A stretch of DNA of 64,000 nucleotides from an uncultured Desulfurococcaceae archaeon (lineage in GTDB: Archaea > Thermoproteota > Thermoprotei_A > Sulfolobales > NBVN01). Both the position numbers and the translations under genes were made by a program. The DNA is taken from NCBI GenBank assembly GCA_964592745.1, contig CAZQFL010000003.1, forward strand, positions 5,450-69,449. The letters run 5' to 3'. The notes beneath the pieces were generated by a model. The model was not told the DNA's origin. It did not search any database and saw nothing but the letters and a program-made list of their open reading frames with translations. Positions 50,186 to 61,898 of the stretch are shown piece after piece (the first letter of the stretch is position 1; each line of letters starts with the position of its first letter).

Positions 50186-51559
50186 ATGCCGTGGTCTATA
50201 ATAGAGATACTAAGGAAAAATCCTGACGTAATGAGAGAAAACTTAATGAAGAGATTCATGGATCCTCAACTTGTAGATGAATTCTTACGTGTAGATACTG
50301 AGTGGAGGAGGGTTCAAACAGAACTTAATAAGCTAAGGCATAAACATAATGTCATAAGCTCTCAAATACCTAAGCTAAGTCCTGAAGAGAGAAGGAAGAA
50401 GATTGAAGAGGCTAGAAATTTACTTAAGGTGATAGAGAGTTATGAGAGAAAGTTGAAGGAGGTTAATGAGTATAGGAGGAAGTTATTAGACAGCATGCCA
50501 TCTATAATACATAAGGATGTACCCATAGGTCCTGATGAGAGCTTTAATAAGGTAGTGAGAGTTTGGGGAAAAGCTAAAGTTCAGAGGAAGCACTTAAGGA
50601 TATTTCTAGCTGAGACGTTAGGTCGGGGACATCCGATGGAGTATGAATTAATAGATTATGAGTTAGTAGGTCATGCAGATATGTTAGAGAAGGTATTAAG
50701 ACTGGGTGATACGTTGAAGGCCGGTGAGGTTGCAGGCTCAAGGTTTTACTATCTCTTCGATGATATAGTATGGCTAGATCTAGCCTTACTGCTTTATGCT
50801 ATGGACTACTTGACACGTAAAGGATTTAAATTAGTGCTACCACCATACATGCTAAAAGGTAAGTACATGAGTGCTGTTGAAGAGCTTGATGCATTTAGGG
50901 ATGCACTATATAAGATAGAGAGTGACGATCTTTACTTAATAGCTACAGCTGAACATCCTCTAGCAGCTTTACATGCTAATGAAATAATCAATGAAGAGGA
51001 TTTACCAATATTCTACGTCGGTATAAGTCCATGTTTTAGAAGAGAGGCTGGTGCTGGTAGTAGAGATATAAAGGGCATATTTAGAGTTCATCAATTTCAT
51101 AAAGTAGAACAATTTGCATTTACACTACCCGAGCAGAGTTGGGATGCATTCAATGTACTAATAAGGAATGCTGAAGAACTCTATCAAGGTCTAGGAATAC
51201 CTTACAGGGTTGTTAATATAGCTTCAGGCGAGCTAAATTTGAGGGCAGCTATGAAGTATGATCTAGAAGCCTGGTACCCAGCTCAAGGAAGGTTTAGAGA
51301 GCTTGTTAGCTGTAGTAATGTACTTGATTGGCAAGCCTATAGGTTGAACATAAGATTTGTTAGAAGAAAAGGTATGGTTAAAGACTTCGTACATATGCTT
51401 AACTCCACAGCAATAGCTAGTACTAGAACAATAACTGCTATCTTAGAGAATTATCAAAGAGAGGACGGGGTTATTGAGATCCCTAAAGTGCTTAAGAAGT
51501 ACTTAGAAGCATTTAGCAAAGCACCTAAGGATTACATATACCCGAGAAAGAAGTCCTAG
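50186..51559 (+). CDS. serS: Seryl-tRNA synthetase
   Basis: N-terminal coiled coil, [27 protein letters not shown] and ELVSCSN. Confidence 0.97.
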   Translation: MPWSIIEILRKNPDVMRENLMKRFMDPQLVDEFLRVDTEWRRVQTELNKLRHKHNVISSQIPKLSPEERRKKIEEARNLLKVIESYERKLKEVNEYRRKLLDSMPSIIHKDVPIGPDESFNKVVRVWGKAKVQRKHLRIFLAETLGRGHPMEYELIDYELVGHADMLEKVLRLGDTLKAGEVAGSRFYYLFDDIVWLDLALLLYAMDYLTRKGFKLVLPPYMLKGKYMSAVEELDAFRDALYKIESDDLYLIATAEHPLAALHANEIINEEDLPIFYVGISPCFRREAGAGSRDIKGIFRVHQFHKVEQFAFTLPEQSWDAFNVLIRNAEELYQGLGIPYRVVNIASGELNLRAAMKYDLEAWYPAQGRFRELVSCSNVLDWQAYRLNIRFVRRKGMVKDFVHMLNSTAIASTRTITAILENYQREDGVIEIPKVLKKYLEAFSKAPKDYIYPRKKS

Positions 51560-51636
51560 TAATGTAGTAATCTCATTATAATAGATAGCTATGCATTATT
51601 TATTAGCTTTACAAGTAAGTTATTAATTGATGGGGT

Positions 51637-52374
51637 TTGAGCATAGATAAGAAAGTATTAATGTATTTGAAGAACAATCCTGGAGCAACACCTAGGGAGA
51701 TTGCAGATGCTTTAGGTATTTCATTGAATCTTGTTAGAGCATTACTTAGAAAGTTGAGGGAGTCAGGCTACGTAATGAAATCGAGTAGAGGAGGTTATGT
51801 AGTCCGTATAACAAAACTTCACGAGAAAAGTGCAGAATATAGGGTTGAGGAGGGAGAGACCATAGATACAGGTAGAGGTTCTAAGTCTGAAGTAATGGTA
51901 AGTGATATGGCAAGTGAATTACGAGACCTTATTAAGAAATTAATGAGTGAGATAGAGTCATTAAGAGAACGAGTAGGGAGGATAGAGTATGAGATCAATA
52001 TTCTTAAGAAATCTCTTCAAACATCACCTAACCTACGTAGACATGAAGCACCAAGTGAGGTTAAAGTTAAAGGTAAGGAGGGTGCTGATGATAAATTGTT
52101 AGAAGAGCTTAAATCGAGAAAGGTATTAAGTATTGAAGAAGCTAAGAGCTTAACTTACAAATCCCTTGAGTCCTATATTACTCAAGGATATGCTGTACCA
52201 ATATCTAATTACATAGTACTTAAGGAATTCTATGAAGAGGTTAAGAAGAAGTTTCCGATAAAGGTCACTGAAGTTAAGAGTCTTACTAATGAAGAGAGGA
52301 TAGTTCTTGACGCTATGATTAGAGAAGGAATGGTTTATTTACATGGTGGTAGGGAGTATAGACTTATAGAGTAG
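51637..52374 (+). CDS. Winged-helix plus coiled-coil protein
   Basis: NPGATPREIADALGIS wHTH, central heptads and a C-terminal wHTH-like domain. Confidence 0.75.
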   Translation: MSIDKKVLMYLKNNPGATPREIADALGISLNLVRALLRKLRESGYVMKSSRGGYVVRITKLHEKSAEYRVEEGETIDTGRGSKSEVMVSDMASELRDLIKKLMSEIESLRERVGRIEYEINILKKSLQTSPNLRRHEAPSEVKVKGKEGADDKLLEELKSRKVLSIEEAKSLTYKSLESYITQGYAVPISNYIVLKEFYEEVKKKFPIKVTEVKSLTNEERIVLDAMIREGMVYLHGGREYRLIE

Positions 52375-52392
52375 TTTAATTTACCTGCTCAA

Positions 52393-53202
52393 TCACTTGG
52401 AATCAGCAACTAAAATAATTAGATTAGCTAATCTTGTAATTAATTCATTGAGAAGCTTCAATCCCTTCTCTCTTGAAGCTAAGTCAGGCCTTCCAAACGC
52501 TCCTAAGCCTTCCTTTAACCTTGATTCAGGTCTATAGAAGTATGCTTTAGGCCTCTTAGTTAAATCTAAACTATGCCAGAATTCATCATAATATCTAGTT
52601 CTTAATGTGGCGGGATAATCGCTTATTTTTATATTGCTTAATTTTACGCTTATGTTTTTTAAAGCTAATGCTAAGCTTGTCTCAACCTCATCTGCATGGA
52701 AGAATTTAGTGTTAAATAATTTATTTATTACATCACCTACTACATGCCATATATTAACAACCACAATTAGTCCTTTATTAAACGTCTCTACTACATCCTT
52801 TGAGGCAATTCTTAGGGCATCATCGTTACCTGCATGAGCATTAATTACGACTACTTTCTCAATTCCGTTTCTAATGATCTCACTTAATATGTTAATAACT
52901 AATTTCATGAATACATCGGTATTAATGGATATAGTACCCGTATATGAAGCCCACATAGTGCTTAATCCATAGGCTAAAGGAGGTAATTTTAGGGGGATTA
53001 TGTCGCTTCTTAACTTATTGACTTTCTCAATAGTGAGTTCACATATACTATCAGCAATGATGTAGTCCGTGCCTAGAGGTAGGTGTGGTCCATGTTGTTC
53101 AATGCTACCTACAGGTAGTAGAGCTACTACTTTATGCTTCTTTGAGTTGATGTAATCCCTAAGTTCTATCCATGTTAATTTACACCATTCTCTGACGGTC
53201 AT
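52393..53202 (-). CDS. Creatininase family amidohydrolase
   Basis: [24 protein letters not shown] and HADEVETS. Confidence 0.92.
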   Translation of the reverse strand: MTVREWCKLTWIELRDYINSKKHKVVALLPVGSIEQHGPHLPLGTDYIIADSICELTIEKVNKLRSDIIPLKLPPLAYGLSTMWASYTGTISINTDVFMKLVINILSEIIRNGIEKVVVINAHAGNDDALRIASKDVVETFNKGLIVVVNIWHVVGDVINKLFNTKFFHADEVETSLALALKNISVKLSNIKISDYPATLRTRYYDEFWHSLDLTKRPKAYFYRPESRLKEGLGAFGRPDLASREKGLKLLNELITRLANLIILVADSK

Positions 53203-54503
53203 AGTATCATCGGTATCTTTATGGGACTCTCTACTACGTCCTTAGGTATGGGGAAGGTGTACTTTACTTCAGTGAACTCCTTTCTAAACTCAATAACTTT
53301 CTTCCTCACTTCCTTAGGATCTTTCTTATCTATAACTACCTCCCTCATGAATCTGGCAACTTCCTTAAAGTCTGATTCCTTCATACCAAATCTAGTCATT
53401 TCTTGAGTTCCCAACCTTATACCGCTAGGATCTTTTACTGCCTCAGGTGGATCCCATGGTAATAGGTTTTTATTTACTATAATGTTTGCTTCTTCAAGTA
53501 ATTTCGCAATTCTCGCCCCACCTCCAAGTTCCCTGACATCAACAACTATAGTATGTGATTTTGTATAGCCTAAATGCTCTGCTAACACCTTAAATCCTTC
53601 CTCAGCTAATGCTTCAGCAAATGCCTTAGCATTTCTTACTATTTGTTCAGCGTATTGTTTACCGAAGTACTTCATCTCTACAGCAGTAACAGCTAATGCT
53701 GGTAATCTATGTAAGTGGTGATTACTTACGAACCAAGGGAAGATTGTCTTAGATATTTTCTTGTAGAGATCCTTATCGTTAGTAAAGATTAATCCTCCTT
53801 GAGGTCCGGGAAATGTTTTATGAGTAGATGATGTAGCTACATCAGCACCTTCATGTATTGGATTAGGCCAGACACCACCAATTATTAGGCCAAGTACGTG
53901 TGCTACATCATGCACTACCTTAGCTCCAACTTCATGAGCAGCTTCAGCTATTTCCTTCGTTGGGTGCGGGAATAAATAAACACTAGCTCCTAAGGTGACG
54001 AACTTAGGCTTTATCTCTCTTATCATTTTAACTGCTTTATCTACATCAATATTCCATTCATCAAGATTAAACGGCAATTCTATCTGCTCTATACCCAACG
54101 CACCTAGAGTACCAAACTTAGTATGCGATACGTGAGCACCAGCTTGTACCGGTGCTATTAGTGCTTTATCTCCAGGATTAGCTAAGTTTCTGAAGACTAC
54201 AGCATTAGCTATTGTACCACTAATAGCTCTTAATTCAACAAATTCAACGTTGAGTAACTCACTCATTAACTGCATAGCATAAAGCTCCATTTCGTCGGTA
54301 TAGATGTTACCTTGATAATACCTCTTCTTAGGTTTACCCTCAGCATATCTATGCATCATATCAGTGAGATATGCAGCTTCAGCTAATGGTGACATAACAT
54401 TTTCAGAAGCTATTAAGTTAATACATTCGAGCCTCCTCCACCTATTATGGCTGCGAGTTAGATCTATGATCTTAAGTAATTCAGGCGGTAGTTCACCCGA
54501 CAT
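53199..54503 (-). CDS. glyA: Serine hydroxymethyltransferase
   Basis: LIASEN, YAEG, GAHVSH, PLP-Lys [13 protein letters not shown] and SGIRLGT. Confidence 0.97.
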   Translation of the reverse strand: MSGELPPELLKIIDLTRSHNRWRRLECINLIASENVMSPLAEAAYLTDMMHRYAEGKPKKRYYQGNIYTDEMELYAMQLMSELLNVEFVELRAISGTIANAVVFRNLANPGDKALIAPVQAGAHVSHTKFGTLGALGIEQIELPFNLDEWNIDVDKAVKMIREIKPKFVTLGASVYLFPHPTKEIAEAAHEVGAKVVHDVAHVLGLIIGGVWPNPIHEGADVATSSTHKTFPGPQGGLIFTNDKDLYKKISKTIFPWFVSNHHLHRLPALAVTAVEMKYFGKQYAEQIVRNAKAFAEALAEEGFKVLAEHLGYTKSHTIVVDVRELGGGARIAKLLEEANIIVNKNLLPWDPPEAVKDPSGIRLGTQEMTRFGMKESDFKEVARFMREVVIDKKDPKEVRKKVIEFRKEFTEVKYTFPIPKDVVESPIKIPMIL

Positions 54504-54638
54504 ACTTTACCCCTCTCTAACTTTACATAGTCCTCTTTATTCTTACCTTAAACTTAATTAAGGGATAACGGCATAGCCTCTACAAGTACTTTGGGAATTT
54601 TAATACTGGAAGAGCTCATTGATTAACTTACGTGTAGA

Positions 54639-54663
54639 ATGGATTAAGAAAAAGCTAATCCAT
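54639..54663 (-). terminator. Putative terminator: 8-bp inverted repeat with a T-rich loop
   Basis: Minus strand ATGGATTA-GCTTTTTCT-TAATCCAT, about 20 nt after the stop of ORF 54685-55098. Confidence 0.4.
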
Positions 54664-54684
54664 GATCAGCTTATTGTTACGTAA

Positions 54685-55098
54685 TTACATCTTTAATAAT
54701 ATGACCTTAGGTAATCCATTAACGTATATTACTTCAAGCTTAACTTCAAGTTCAGTACCACTGAGTACCTCTAAGTCTTTTCTTATGCTTTGAAGTTGCA
54801 TTATTCTATTGTTAATGTTTTCTATAGCTTGTTGTATAGACTCCACTTCTTGCTCGGGTGAAGGGTTTAGGACTATTCTGATGTTCTTTAACTCCACAGT
54901 ATTGCTAGCCTCAGCACCCTTAGAACCTCTTAGTTTTAGTAATAATTCTCTTAGCTTTCTCTCCTGCTCAGCCTTTATTCGTAATTCTTCAAGCCTCCTT
55001 AAGAGATCACCAAGAGTCTTCCTAAGCTCACCTAATTCGTCATCAATGCTCTTAACAAATTCAGAAATAGAACTAAATTCCCTAATGACGAACGACAT
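54685..55098 (-). CDS. Conserved hypothetical coiled-coil protein
   Basis: REFSSISEF..IDDEL heptads, IVLNP and a C-terminal beta segment; GGTGG RBS. Confidence 0.75.
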   Translation of the reverse strand: MSFVIREFSSISEFVKSIDDELGELRKTLGDLLRRLEELRIKAEQERKLRELLLKLRGSKGAEASNTVELKNIRIVLNPSPEQEVESIQQAIENINNRIMQLQSIRKDLEVLSGTELEVKLEVIYVNGLPKVILLKM

Positions 55099-55119
55099 CT
55101 ATCCACCACTTTATGTCTG

Positions 55120-56031
55120 ATGAATGAATTTAAATACTTTTCCGATTTTTACAATAGTATGAAGGTACCAATATCTGATGGTCATGCACATGTCTCACCT
55201 AAGGGCTTAGGAATCAGAACTGTAGCTAAAAAATTTAAGGAGGTTCATGGATGGTTTATCGCATTAGTCTCTCTACCTCCTTATCATTACGATCTAACAT
55301 TATCATATAACGACTTAATTAAATCATTTAATTTACATATTGAACAGTGTAAAATAGCTAAGAGTGAGGGCTTAAGAGTCGCTTGTATATTAGGCCTACA
55401 TCCAGCACTTATAGATAGACTCGTGAGGTATTATCAAGGGAGAAGAAGGGATTTACTTCTCTACATTGACAGGGCATTAGATGATATTGAACGTAGGGTT
55501 AAGAAGGGCGTAATAGATGGTATAGGAGAATTTGGGAGACCACACTATAAAGCATTACCTGAAGTATTCGCATTAAATGATTACGTCTTAATTAAAGCTT
55601 TAAACATAGTTCATGACTATTCAGTACCTATACATCTACATCTAGAGGACTCAGGCCTGATTACAGTTGAATCAATAAACTCTTTAATTAATCTCTTTAC
55701 TAGGAACCTAGGGAGGAAGTACATAATATTTCACCATGCATCGAGAGATATCTGTATGAATACATCACAAAGAGGGTTTTCATCAACAATCACAGGCAGG
55801 AAGGAACTCCTTGAAGACATTATTAGCAATCTTAGTAAGGATTCGCTAAGATTAGTCAGTGTTGAAAGCGATTACATAGATGATCCCAAAAGACCAGGTG
55901 TAGTTATGTATCCGTGGGAAATAGCTAATGAAGTCAGCAAGATATTAAAGGATAAACCTTACCTTGAGGATAAACTTCATGAAGTACTCATCGAGAGTAT
56001 CATCAACATCTACGGAGTTAATCCTCCTTAA
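55120..56031 (+). CDS. TatD-family metallo-hydrolase; start probably 55139
   Basis: DGHAH, GLHPA, GIGEFGRPHY, HLHLE, FHH and ESDYIDDPKRPG. Confidence 0.88.
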   Translation: MNEFKYFSDFYNSMKVPISDGHAHVSPKGLGIRTVAKKFKEVHGWFIALVSLPPYHYDLTLSYNDLIKSFNLHIEQCKIAKSEGLRVACILGLHPALIDRLVRYYQGRRRDLLLYIDRALDDIERRVKKGVIDGIGEFGRPHYKALPEVFALNDYVLIKALNIVHDYSVPIHLHLEDSGLITVESINSLINLFTRNLGRKYIIFHHASRDICMNTSQRGFSSTITGRKELLEDIISNLSKDSLRLVSVESDYIDDPKRPGVVMYPWEIANEVSKILKDKPYLEDKLHEVLIESIINIYGVNPP

Positions 56032-56032
56032 A

Positions 56033-56296
56033 CTATTTAATTAAGCCTAATTGCTCCTTCCCATACCTTGTTAAGTGAATTATCCTAACGTTTTCACTTG
56101 CTGATGAAACACTTATGTATCCTCTCATCTCAAGCATCATTAAGTACTTCATGAGATCAGAGATCGATATATCGTACTCTCTACGTAATAACTCGAAGAG
56201 TTCACTATCCTTTATTATACCTCCATTCTCAGCTAGTATCTCTAGTATTCTAGCTAGTACCTGGATGGGTGCTCTGTTAAATGTCAAATAGCACAC
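56033..56296 (-). CDS. Small winged-helix protein; start probably TTG 56287
   Basis: IKDSELFELL...ISISDLMKYLMMLEMRGYI wHTH; downstream of cdc48. Confidence 0.75.
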   Translation of the reverse strand: MCYLTFNRAPIQVLARILEILAENGGIIKDSELFELLRREYDISISDLMKYLMMLEMRGYISVSSASENVRIIHLTRYGKEQLGLIK

Positions 56297-56389
56297 CTTC
56301 TAATGTAACGGAGTTAGGACTTTTAAGTAGTGGGGGCCATATTTAATTACGACTCCAGATGTAACAAGTATACATTTTGTATATTATTC

Positions 56390-58600
56390 TCATAGATTCA
56401 TGAGCGGATGGGTTAGTGTTCGAGGTAACCTATTTCTTGCTTTCCTACCCCACTCTTCATAGAATTTAATCATATCTTTAGTTAATGATGGTGGTACGGT
56501 TTTGAGAGCCTTCAGGAAATGCTTCATAGATACCCTATCAGCTTTAATGTTTTCCCTTAAGGCTGTTAATGCTGCTTCCCTCACAAGAGCCGCTAAATCA
56601 GCTCCTGAGTATCCTTCTGTTAGCTCAGCTATCTTATGTAAGTCGACGTCCTTATCTAGGGGAACTCTCCTAGTATGAACCTTAAGAATTTCAAGCCTAG
56701 CTTTGATGTCAGGTGGTGGTACATATATGAGTTTCTCAAAGCGTCCGGGTCTTAATAGTGCTGGATCAACTAGGTCAGGTCTATTGGTTGCAGCAATTAC
56801 TACAACATTGTTAAGTCTCTCAATAGAGTCCATCTCAGTTAATAATTGACTTACAACCCTCTCCATGACGCTCGTATCAGCGTAGGCTCCCCTCATGGGT
56901 GCTATTGCGTCTATTTCGTCGAAGAATATTACTGCTGGTGCGTACGTCCGTGCTTTCTTGAATATTTCTCTTATTGCTTTTTCTGATTCTCCTACCCATT
57001 TACTTAGTATTTCTGGTCCCTTAATCGCTATGAAGTTAGCACCAGACTCAGTAGCAACAGCCTTAGCAAGTAAAGTCTTACCACAACCAGGAGGACCATA
57101 CAATAAGATACCTCTAGGCGGTCTAATACCCATTTTCTCAAATACCTCAGGATGTTTGAGTGGCCATTCTACTGCTTCTCTTAACTGTTGCTTAACGTCA
57201 TCTAAACCACCAATATCATCCCAATGAACCTCAGGAACCTCAACAAGAACCTCCCTGAGCCCGCTTGGTCCAACATCCTTTAGGGCTTTCATGAAGTCAT
57301 CCATAGTTATTTTGAGTTCCTCTAACACTTCAGGAGGTATTTCATCTCTATCTAAGTCTATCTTATCTAAAACTCTTCTTAAAGCATTCATTGCTGCTTC
57401 CTTAACTAAAGCAGCTAAGTCAGCACCAGTATAGCCATGGGTTATCTCTGCAAGTTTCCTTAAATCAACACTCTCATCCAATGGTGCATTTCTTGTATGA
57501 ATCTGAAGTATTTCATACCTACCCTGCTTATCAGGTAGTGGTATCTCTATTTCTCTATCAAATCTACCGGGTCTCCTCAGTGCTGGATCGAGAGCATGAG
57601 GTCTATTAGTAGCTCCTATGACTATAACATCACCTCTACCTTCGAGACCGTCAAGTAACGTCAGTAATTGTGCAACAACTCTTCTCTCAACCTCACCAAC
57701 AACCTCATCTCTTTTAGGTGCTATTGCGTCTATTTCATCAATGAAGATTATTGCTGGGGCATGCCTTCTTGCCTCCTCAAATATTTCCCTTAATCTCTGT
57801 TCTGACTCACCATAGAACTTACTCATTATTTCGGGACCATTAACTGCTATGAAGTATGCATCGGATTCTGTTGCTACGGCTTTGGCAAGCAATGTTTTAC
57901 CAACACCGGGAGGTCCTATCAGTAAGACACCTTTAGGTGGTTCAATACCTAACTTACGGAATAGTTCAGGGTGCTTAAGAGGTAGTTCAATTAATTCTCT
58001 AACTCTTTCTATGATATGCTTCATACCACCTATATCCTCGTATGTCACCTTAGGTACATATGTTAAAGTTGGTGAACGCTCTAAGATTGTTATCTTAGTT
58101 TCCTCAGTTATTATTACAGGTCCTGAAGGTTTAGTATGGACTACGTGTAGTAATGTTGGTGCTCCTAGGAGTTGAAGTGGGACTAAATCTCCCTCTATGA
58201 CCGGGTAGTCTAGCAGTTTCCTCCTAATCGCCCTCAAGGAGTTCTCACTTCTACTTATGTCGATGGATGAACTACTTGGTGCGAACTTCACGTGTAATGC
58301 GGGCTTAACATTAGCCTTTCTAATTATTACTTTCTCACCAATACTTACGCCTGCATTCTTTCTTATGATACCGTCAATTCTAATTATATCCTCATTTTCG
58401 TCCTCCTTAAAAGCTGGCCAAGCAATTGCTACAGTAGTTCTCCTACCAGCTATCTCTATCACATCGCCAGGATCTATACCTAGTAAATTCATAACTCTCT
58501 CAGGTACTCTAGCCTTACCCCTCATAGCTTCATAGCGTTTAGCCTCAGCAACCTTCAATATATATTCCTTGTAGGTTGTGTGCATTCCTCTATCTCCCAA
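56390..58600 (-). CDS. cdc48: CDC48/p97 family AAA+ ATPase
   Basis: N-domain plus two AAA modules ([16 protein letters not shown]; DEIDAIAP; RPGRF). Confidence 0.97.
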   Translation of the reverse strand: MGDRGMHTTYKEYILKVAEAKRYEAMRGKARVPERVMNLLGIDPGDVIEIAGRRTTVAIAWPAFKEDENEDIIRIDGIIRKNAGVSIGEKVIIRKANVKPALHVKFAPSSSSIDISRSENSLRAIRRKLLDYPVIEGDLVPLQLLGAPTLLHVVHTKPSGPVIITEETKITILERSPTLTYVPKVTYEDIGGMKHIIERVRELIELPLKHPELFRKLGIEPPKGVLLIGPPGVGKTLLAKAVATESDAYFIAVNGPEIMSKFYGESEQRLREIFEEARRHAPAIIFIDEIDAIAPKRDEVVGEVERRVVAQLLTLLDGLEGRGDVIVIGATNRPHALDPALRRPGRFDREIEIPLPDKQGRYEILQIHTRNAPLDESVDLRKLAEITHGYTGADLAALVKEAAMNALRRVLDKIDLDRDEIPPEVLEELKITMDDFMKALKDVGPSGLREVLVEVPEVHWDDIGGLDDVKQQLREAVEWPLKHPEVFEKMGIRPPRGILLYGPPGCGKTLLAKAVATESGANFIAIKGPEILSKWVGESEKAIREIFKKARTYAPAVIFFDEIDAIAPMRGAYADTSVMERVVSQLLTEMDSIERLNNVVVIAATNRPDLVDPALLRPGRFEKLIYVPPPDIKARLEILKVHTRRVPLDKDVDLHKIAELTEGYSGADLAALVREAALTALRENIKADRVSMKHFLKALKTVPPSLTKDMIKFYEEWGRKARNRLPRTLTHPLMNL

Positions 58601-58689
58601 ACTTAATGGTTCTTATTAAACTTATTAATTATAGGACAGGTTCATCAGTAAAACTAATATCTGTGAATACTCAATATTATTTTTAGTTC

Positions 58690-58989
58690 TTAACTACTGA
58701 AGGCTTCAGTTCTCGTAACGAATTCTATATCTATGGATGAAACACCAGGAACTGATTTAATTACTTCCTCAATTCTTGAAGTACCACCTTCATACTCCTC
58801 GGGCATTACTATGTATAGTCTAGGTATGTATAGGCCGAATGCTACGTAAACCTTTTCACTCTTAACTAATTGGAACTCCGATGGTAACCTAGACTTTATT
58901 TCATTAATCATTTTATCCAAATCAATCTCAGTACTTTCAGGGTTTACTCTTACAACAACTAGGACCTTAGATTTTCTTTCACTGCTCAT
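58690..58989 (-). CDS. ef1b: Translation elongation factor 1-beta
   Basis: VNPESTEIDL, VAFGL and EGGTSRIEE. Confidence 0.92.
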   Translation of the reverse strand: MSSERKSKVLVVVRVNPESTEIDLDKMINEIKSRLPSEFQLVKSEKVYVAFGLYIPRLYIVMPEEYEGGTSRIEEVIKSVPGVSSIDIEFVTRTEAFSS

Positions 58990-59001
58990 GTACGCTCACC
59001 T

Positions 59002-59220
59002 TTAAGGACCTTCAAATCCGCAATTAGGACATTTATAACTAATAACTAATTCCCTACACTTCCTACAACGCCATATAGTTACTGTTCCGCAATTAGGGCA
59101 TGTAAACTTAACTCCCTTCTCGTATGGCGGTATGGGTCTCCCACAGCTACTACATATGGGTGGCGTTGCAGCTTCAATTATTACAGGACCTTTACTCTTC
59201 GATTCCACCTCCTGAGCCAT
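59002..59220 (-). CDS. DUF1610 / HVO_2753-like zinc finger protein
   Basis: CSSC, FTCPNCG, RCRKCR and YKCPNCGFEGP; conserved position upstream of ef1b. Confidence 0.92.
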   Translation of the reverse strand: MAQEVESKSKGPVIIEAATPPICSSCGRPIPPYEKGVKFTCPNCGTVTIWRCRKCRELVISYKCPNCGFEGP

Positions 59221-59333
59221 ACTCTTACCTAAGGAATCTAAAGTCCACAGCTTATAAGTTGTTCTACTACAGACTTGCTTAACAATTATAATTGTCCTGA
59301 TTAAAGGTTTTCAATCTTCTTGAGAAAGACATA

Positions 59334-60404
59334 TTGGGGGCTAATTTGGGTGTTAACCTTAGAGATCTAATTCCTAAGGATGTCATTAAAGTCATTGGTG
59401 ATTTAAGGGAGTTGAGGGGTAAAGTCATAGCTATAGATGCCTATAATGCTCTCTACCAATTCCTAACAGCTATAAGGCAGCCTGATGGAACTCCATTAAT
59501 GGATAGTAAAGGCAGGATAACGAGTCACTTAAGTGGTTTATTCTATAGGACCATAAATATTATGGAGGCAGGTATAAAGCCTGTCTATGTATTTGATGGG
59601 AAGCCCCCAGAGCTTAAAGCTAAGGAGATTCAGGAGAGAATGAGTATAAGGGAAGAAGCTAAAAGGAAGTATGAAGAAGCTATTGCTGCAGGTGATTTAG
59701 AAGCTGCTAGAAGGTATGCTCAATTATCAGCTAAATTAACTTCTGATATGGTTAATGATGCCAAAAGATTATTAGATGCTATGGGCATACCATGGGTTCA
59801 AGCCCCTTCTGAAGGTGAAGCACAGGCAGCATATATGGCAATGAAAGGTGATGCATGGGCTGCAGCATCTCAAGACTATGATGCGTTACTATTTGGTGCT
59901 CCTAGACTCATTAGGAACTTAACCATATCTGGTAAGAGAAAGCTTCCAAGAAAAGATATGTACGTAGAGATAAAGCCTGAGCTGATAGAACTAGATAAAT
60001 TACTTAAAGCTTTAGGTCTTAATAGAGAACAATTAGTGGATATAGCGATACTCCTTGGAACCGACTATAATCCTGATGGAGTAAAGGGAGTAGGACCTAA
60101 GACAGCATTATCTCTCATAAAAACTCATGGACGACTTGAGAGAGCTCTAAAGGCCCTTCCAACAGCTAAGTTCCCAGTTGAACCTACAAAGATAAAGGAG
60201 ATATTCCTTAAACCACCAGTAACGGACAATTATTCACTAAAGTGGAGAGAACCAGAAGAGGAGGGTATAATTAAAATACTAGTTGATGAACATGACTTTT
60301 CCGAAACACGTGTTAAAAACGCTATTGAGAGGCTTAAGAGAGCATATAGAGAATACATCAAGGCAACTATAAGAGGGCTTGATATGTGGTTTAAGAGAAA
60401 GTGA
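59334..60404 (+). CDS. fen: Flap endonuclease 1
   Basis: [32 protein letters not shown] and PIP-box-like GLDMWF. Confidence 0.98.
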   Translation: MGANLGVNLRDLIPKDVIKVIGDLRELRGKVIAIDAYNALYQFLTAIRQPDGTPLMDSKGRITSHLSGLFYRTINIMEAGIKPVYVFDGKPPELKAKEIQERMSIREEAKRKYEEAIAAGDLEAARRYAQLSAKLTSDMVNDAKRLLDAMGIPWVQAPSEGEAQAAYMAMKGDAWAAASQDYDALLFGAPRLIRNLTISGKRKLPRKDMYVEIKPELIELDKLLKALGLNREQLVDIAILLGTDYNPDGVKGVGPKTALSLIKTHGRLERALKALPTAKFPVEPTKIKEIFLKPPVTDNYSLKWREPEEEGIIKILVDEHDFSETRVKNAIERLKRAYREYIKATIRGLDMWFKRK

Positions 60405-60411
60405 GAAGATC

Positions 60412-61116
60412 TTATAATGGTATTAGCGCTGCATCTTCAATTATATAATAACCAAACCATTGCGTTTGACTCCATGTAAGTCTAGCTTTATTGATAGCAA
60501 TTCCATAATTCCTAAAGAGTGCAGAAGATATCACGAATGTCTCAAACTCTCCTCCTTCACCAACTGGGCTAATCTTTAAGCTTTCATAAAGACTTATTAA
60601 ATCCTTAATGTTATCCTCAGTAATTATTCTACCAAGCCACTTAATGTCAAGACCGTAAGCTTGTACGGCAACTATCATAAAGCTTAAATACCTTAGTTCC
60701 TCCTTAAGGAGGTGTTCTTGATTAGATCCCCATAATGGTGTATAATGTTTTAAACCCAGACATTCAGCTAATGCATCAAGCCTATCCTTTTGATACTTAG
60801 ACGCAACAGCACCACTAATCAGATAGTCTATTTCTTCACGTCTCAATAACTCCCTTATACCTAATAACCTATCCCTTAATTCAATTACCTCTAAATCCTT
60901 AAGACCACTAACATTAATCCATAATATGGGTATACCCATAGCCTTAGAATGTAATTTAACCCACTTCACATTTACTGCATGAAACATCCAAGAATCTATT
61001 CTACTAGGTCTAACCACTAGCAGATACTTAGTACGTATGCTGCTATGTAGCGATTTAATTACTGCATAGTGAGAGTCCTTACCACCACTGTAGAAAGCTA
61101 TGGCGTACTTTACCAA
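60412..61116 (-). CDS. dph6: Diphthine--ammonia ligase
   Basis: YSGGKDS, SWMFH, SKYQ and GEGGEFET. Confidence 0.9.
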   Translation of the reverse strand: MVKYAIAFYSGGKDSHYAVIKSLHSSIRTKYLLVVRPSRIDSWMFHAVNVKWVKLHSKAMGIPILWINVSGLKDLEVIELRDRLLGIRELLRREEIDYLISGAVASKYQKDRLDALAECLGLKHYTPLWGSNQEHLLKEELRYLSFMIVAVQAYGLDIKWLGRIITEDNIKDLISLYESLKISPVGEGGEFETFVISSALFRNYGIAINKARLTWSQTQWFGYYIIEDAALIPL

Positions 61117-61138
61117 GTCTATATGTAACCTCCCTCAC

Positions 61139-61825
61139 TTAAGTATTAATTGCTTTGAGTTCCCTCCTTCTTTCAGTATTTAAGGAATCATTGTCGTATG
61201 TTGAGAGCATATGTATTGCTGCATTTATGAGAGGCATAGAACAGTCGATCTCACCCTTACAAAGTGATATAATTACTGCATCACCCTCCATTATGGTTAC
61301 CCTACTTAGTAAGAATTTCTTAAGTCTCTCATCTCTAAACTCTTCATGAGCGTTACCTGCAACTGGTAATAGAAATCTCCCCTCCTTAAAAATAGCTATT
61401 ATGGCTCCATAAGCACCCTCACGAACCACTAAGTCCCTAATAGCTAAAACACCCCTATTTCTTACTATGGTTAACCCTCTCCTAATTATTATGCAGTAAC
61501 CCCTGCAGTCCTCGCAATAATCCTTAACATTAACACTACCTACTAAGATAATTTTGTTTAACATTTCATCAATTACTTTCCTACCTTTATCAGTCAAGAA
61601 TGCACCAGCTATTTTATCAACGTTAATGAGACCTTCAACCTTAAGTCTCTGAATTAATGTCCTAGTACTTGCCTCACCCAGACCTAGCTTCCTACTTAGC
61701 TCTATCCTGCCATGGGGCCTCTCAGCTAGGTATAGCAACGTTTTAAGTATATGGTAAGGTGTGAACTTAGGTTTTACACCTCTCTTTGCACTACATAGAA
61801 TACTGAGTAGTTGAGCGCTCTTCAT
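61139..61825 (-). CDS. DUF4443-type HTH protein
   Basis: GRIELSRKLGLGEASTRT HTH and IRDLVVREGAYGA. Confidence 0.75.
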   Translation of the reverse strand: MKSAQLLSILCSAKRGVKPKFTPYHILKTLLYLAERPHGRIELSRKLGLGEASTRTLIQRLKVEGLINVDKIAGAFLTDKGRKVIDEMLNKIILVGSVNVKDYCEDCRGYCIIIRRGLTIVRNRGVLAIRDLVVREGAYGAIIAIFKEGRFLLPVAGNAHEEFRDERLKKFLLSRVTIMEGDAVIISLCKGEIDCSMPLINAAIHMLSTYDNDSLNTERRRELKAINT

Positions 61826-61898
61826 GATACGCTTTTACCGTTTGTCTAGTAGTATTATTCCTTTAATATTTTAAGTAAGAGATATTCATAATTCTTGG

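Noticed and set aside
56353-56368. Mini-ORB-like CTCCAGATGTAACAAG next to a wHTH gene
   Set aside because: One copy in a short gap with no room for an unwinding element; not enough to call an origin.
58601-58650. C-box-like CTGATGA on the minus strand upstream of cdc48
   Set aside because: No CUGA D box at suitable spacing and the internal boxes are unconvincing.
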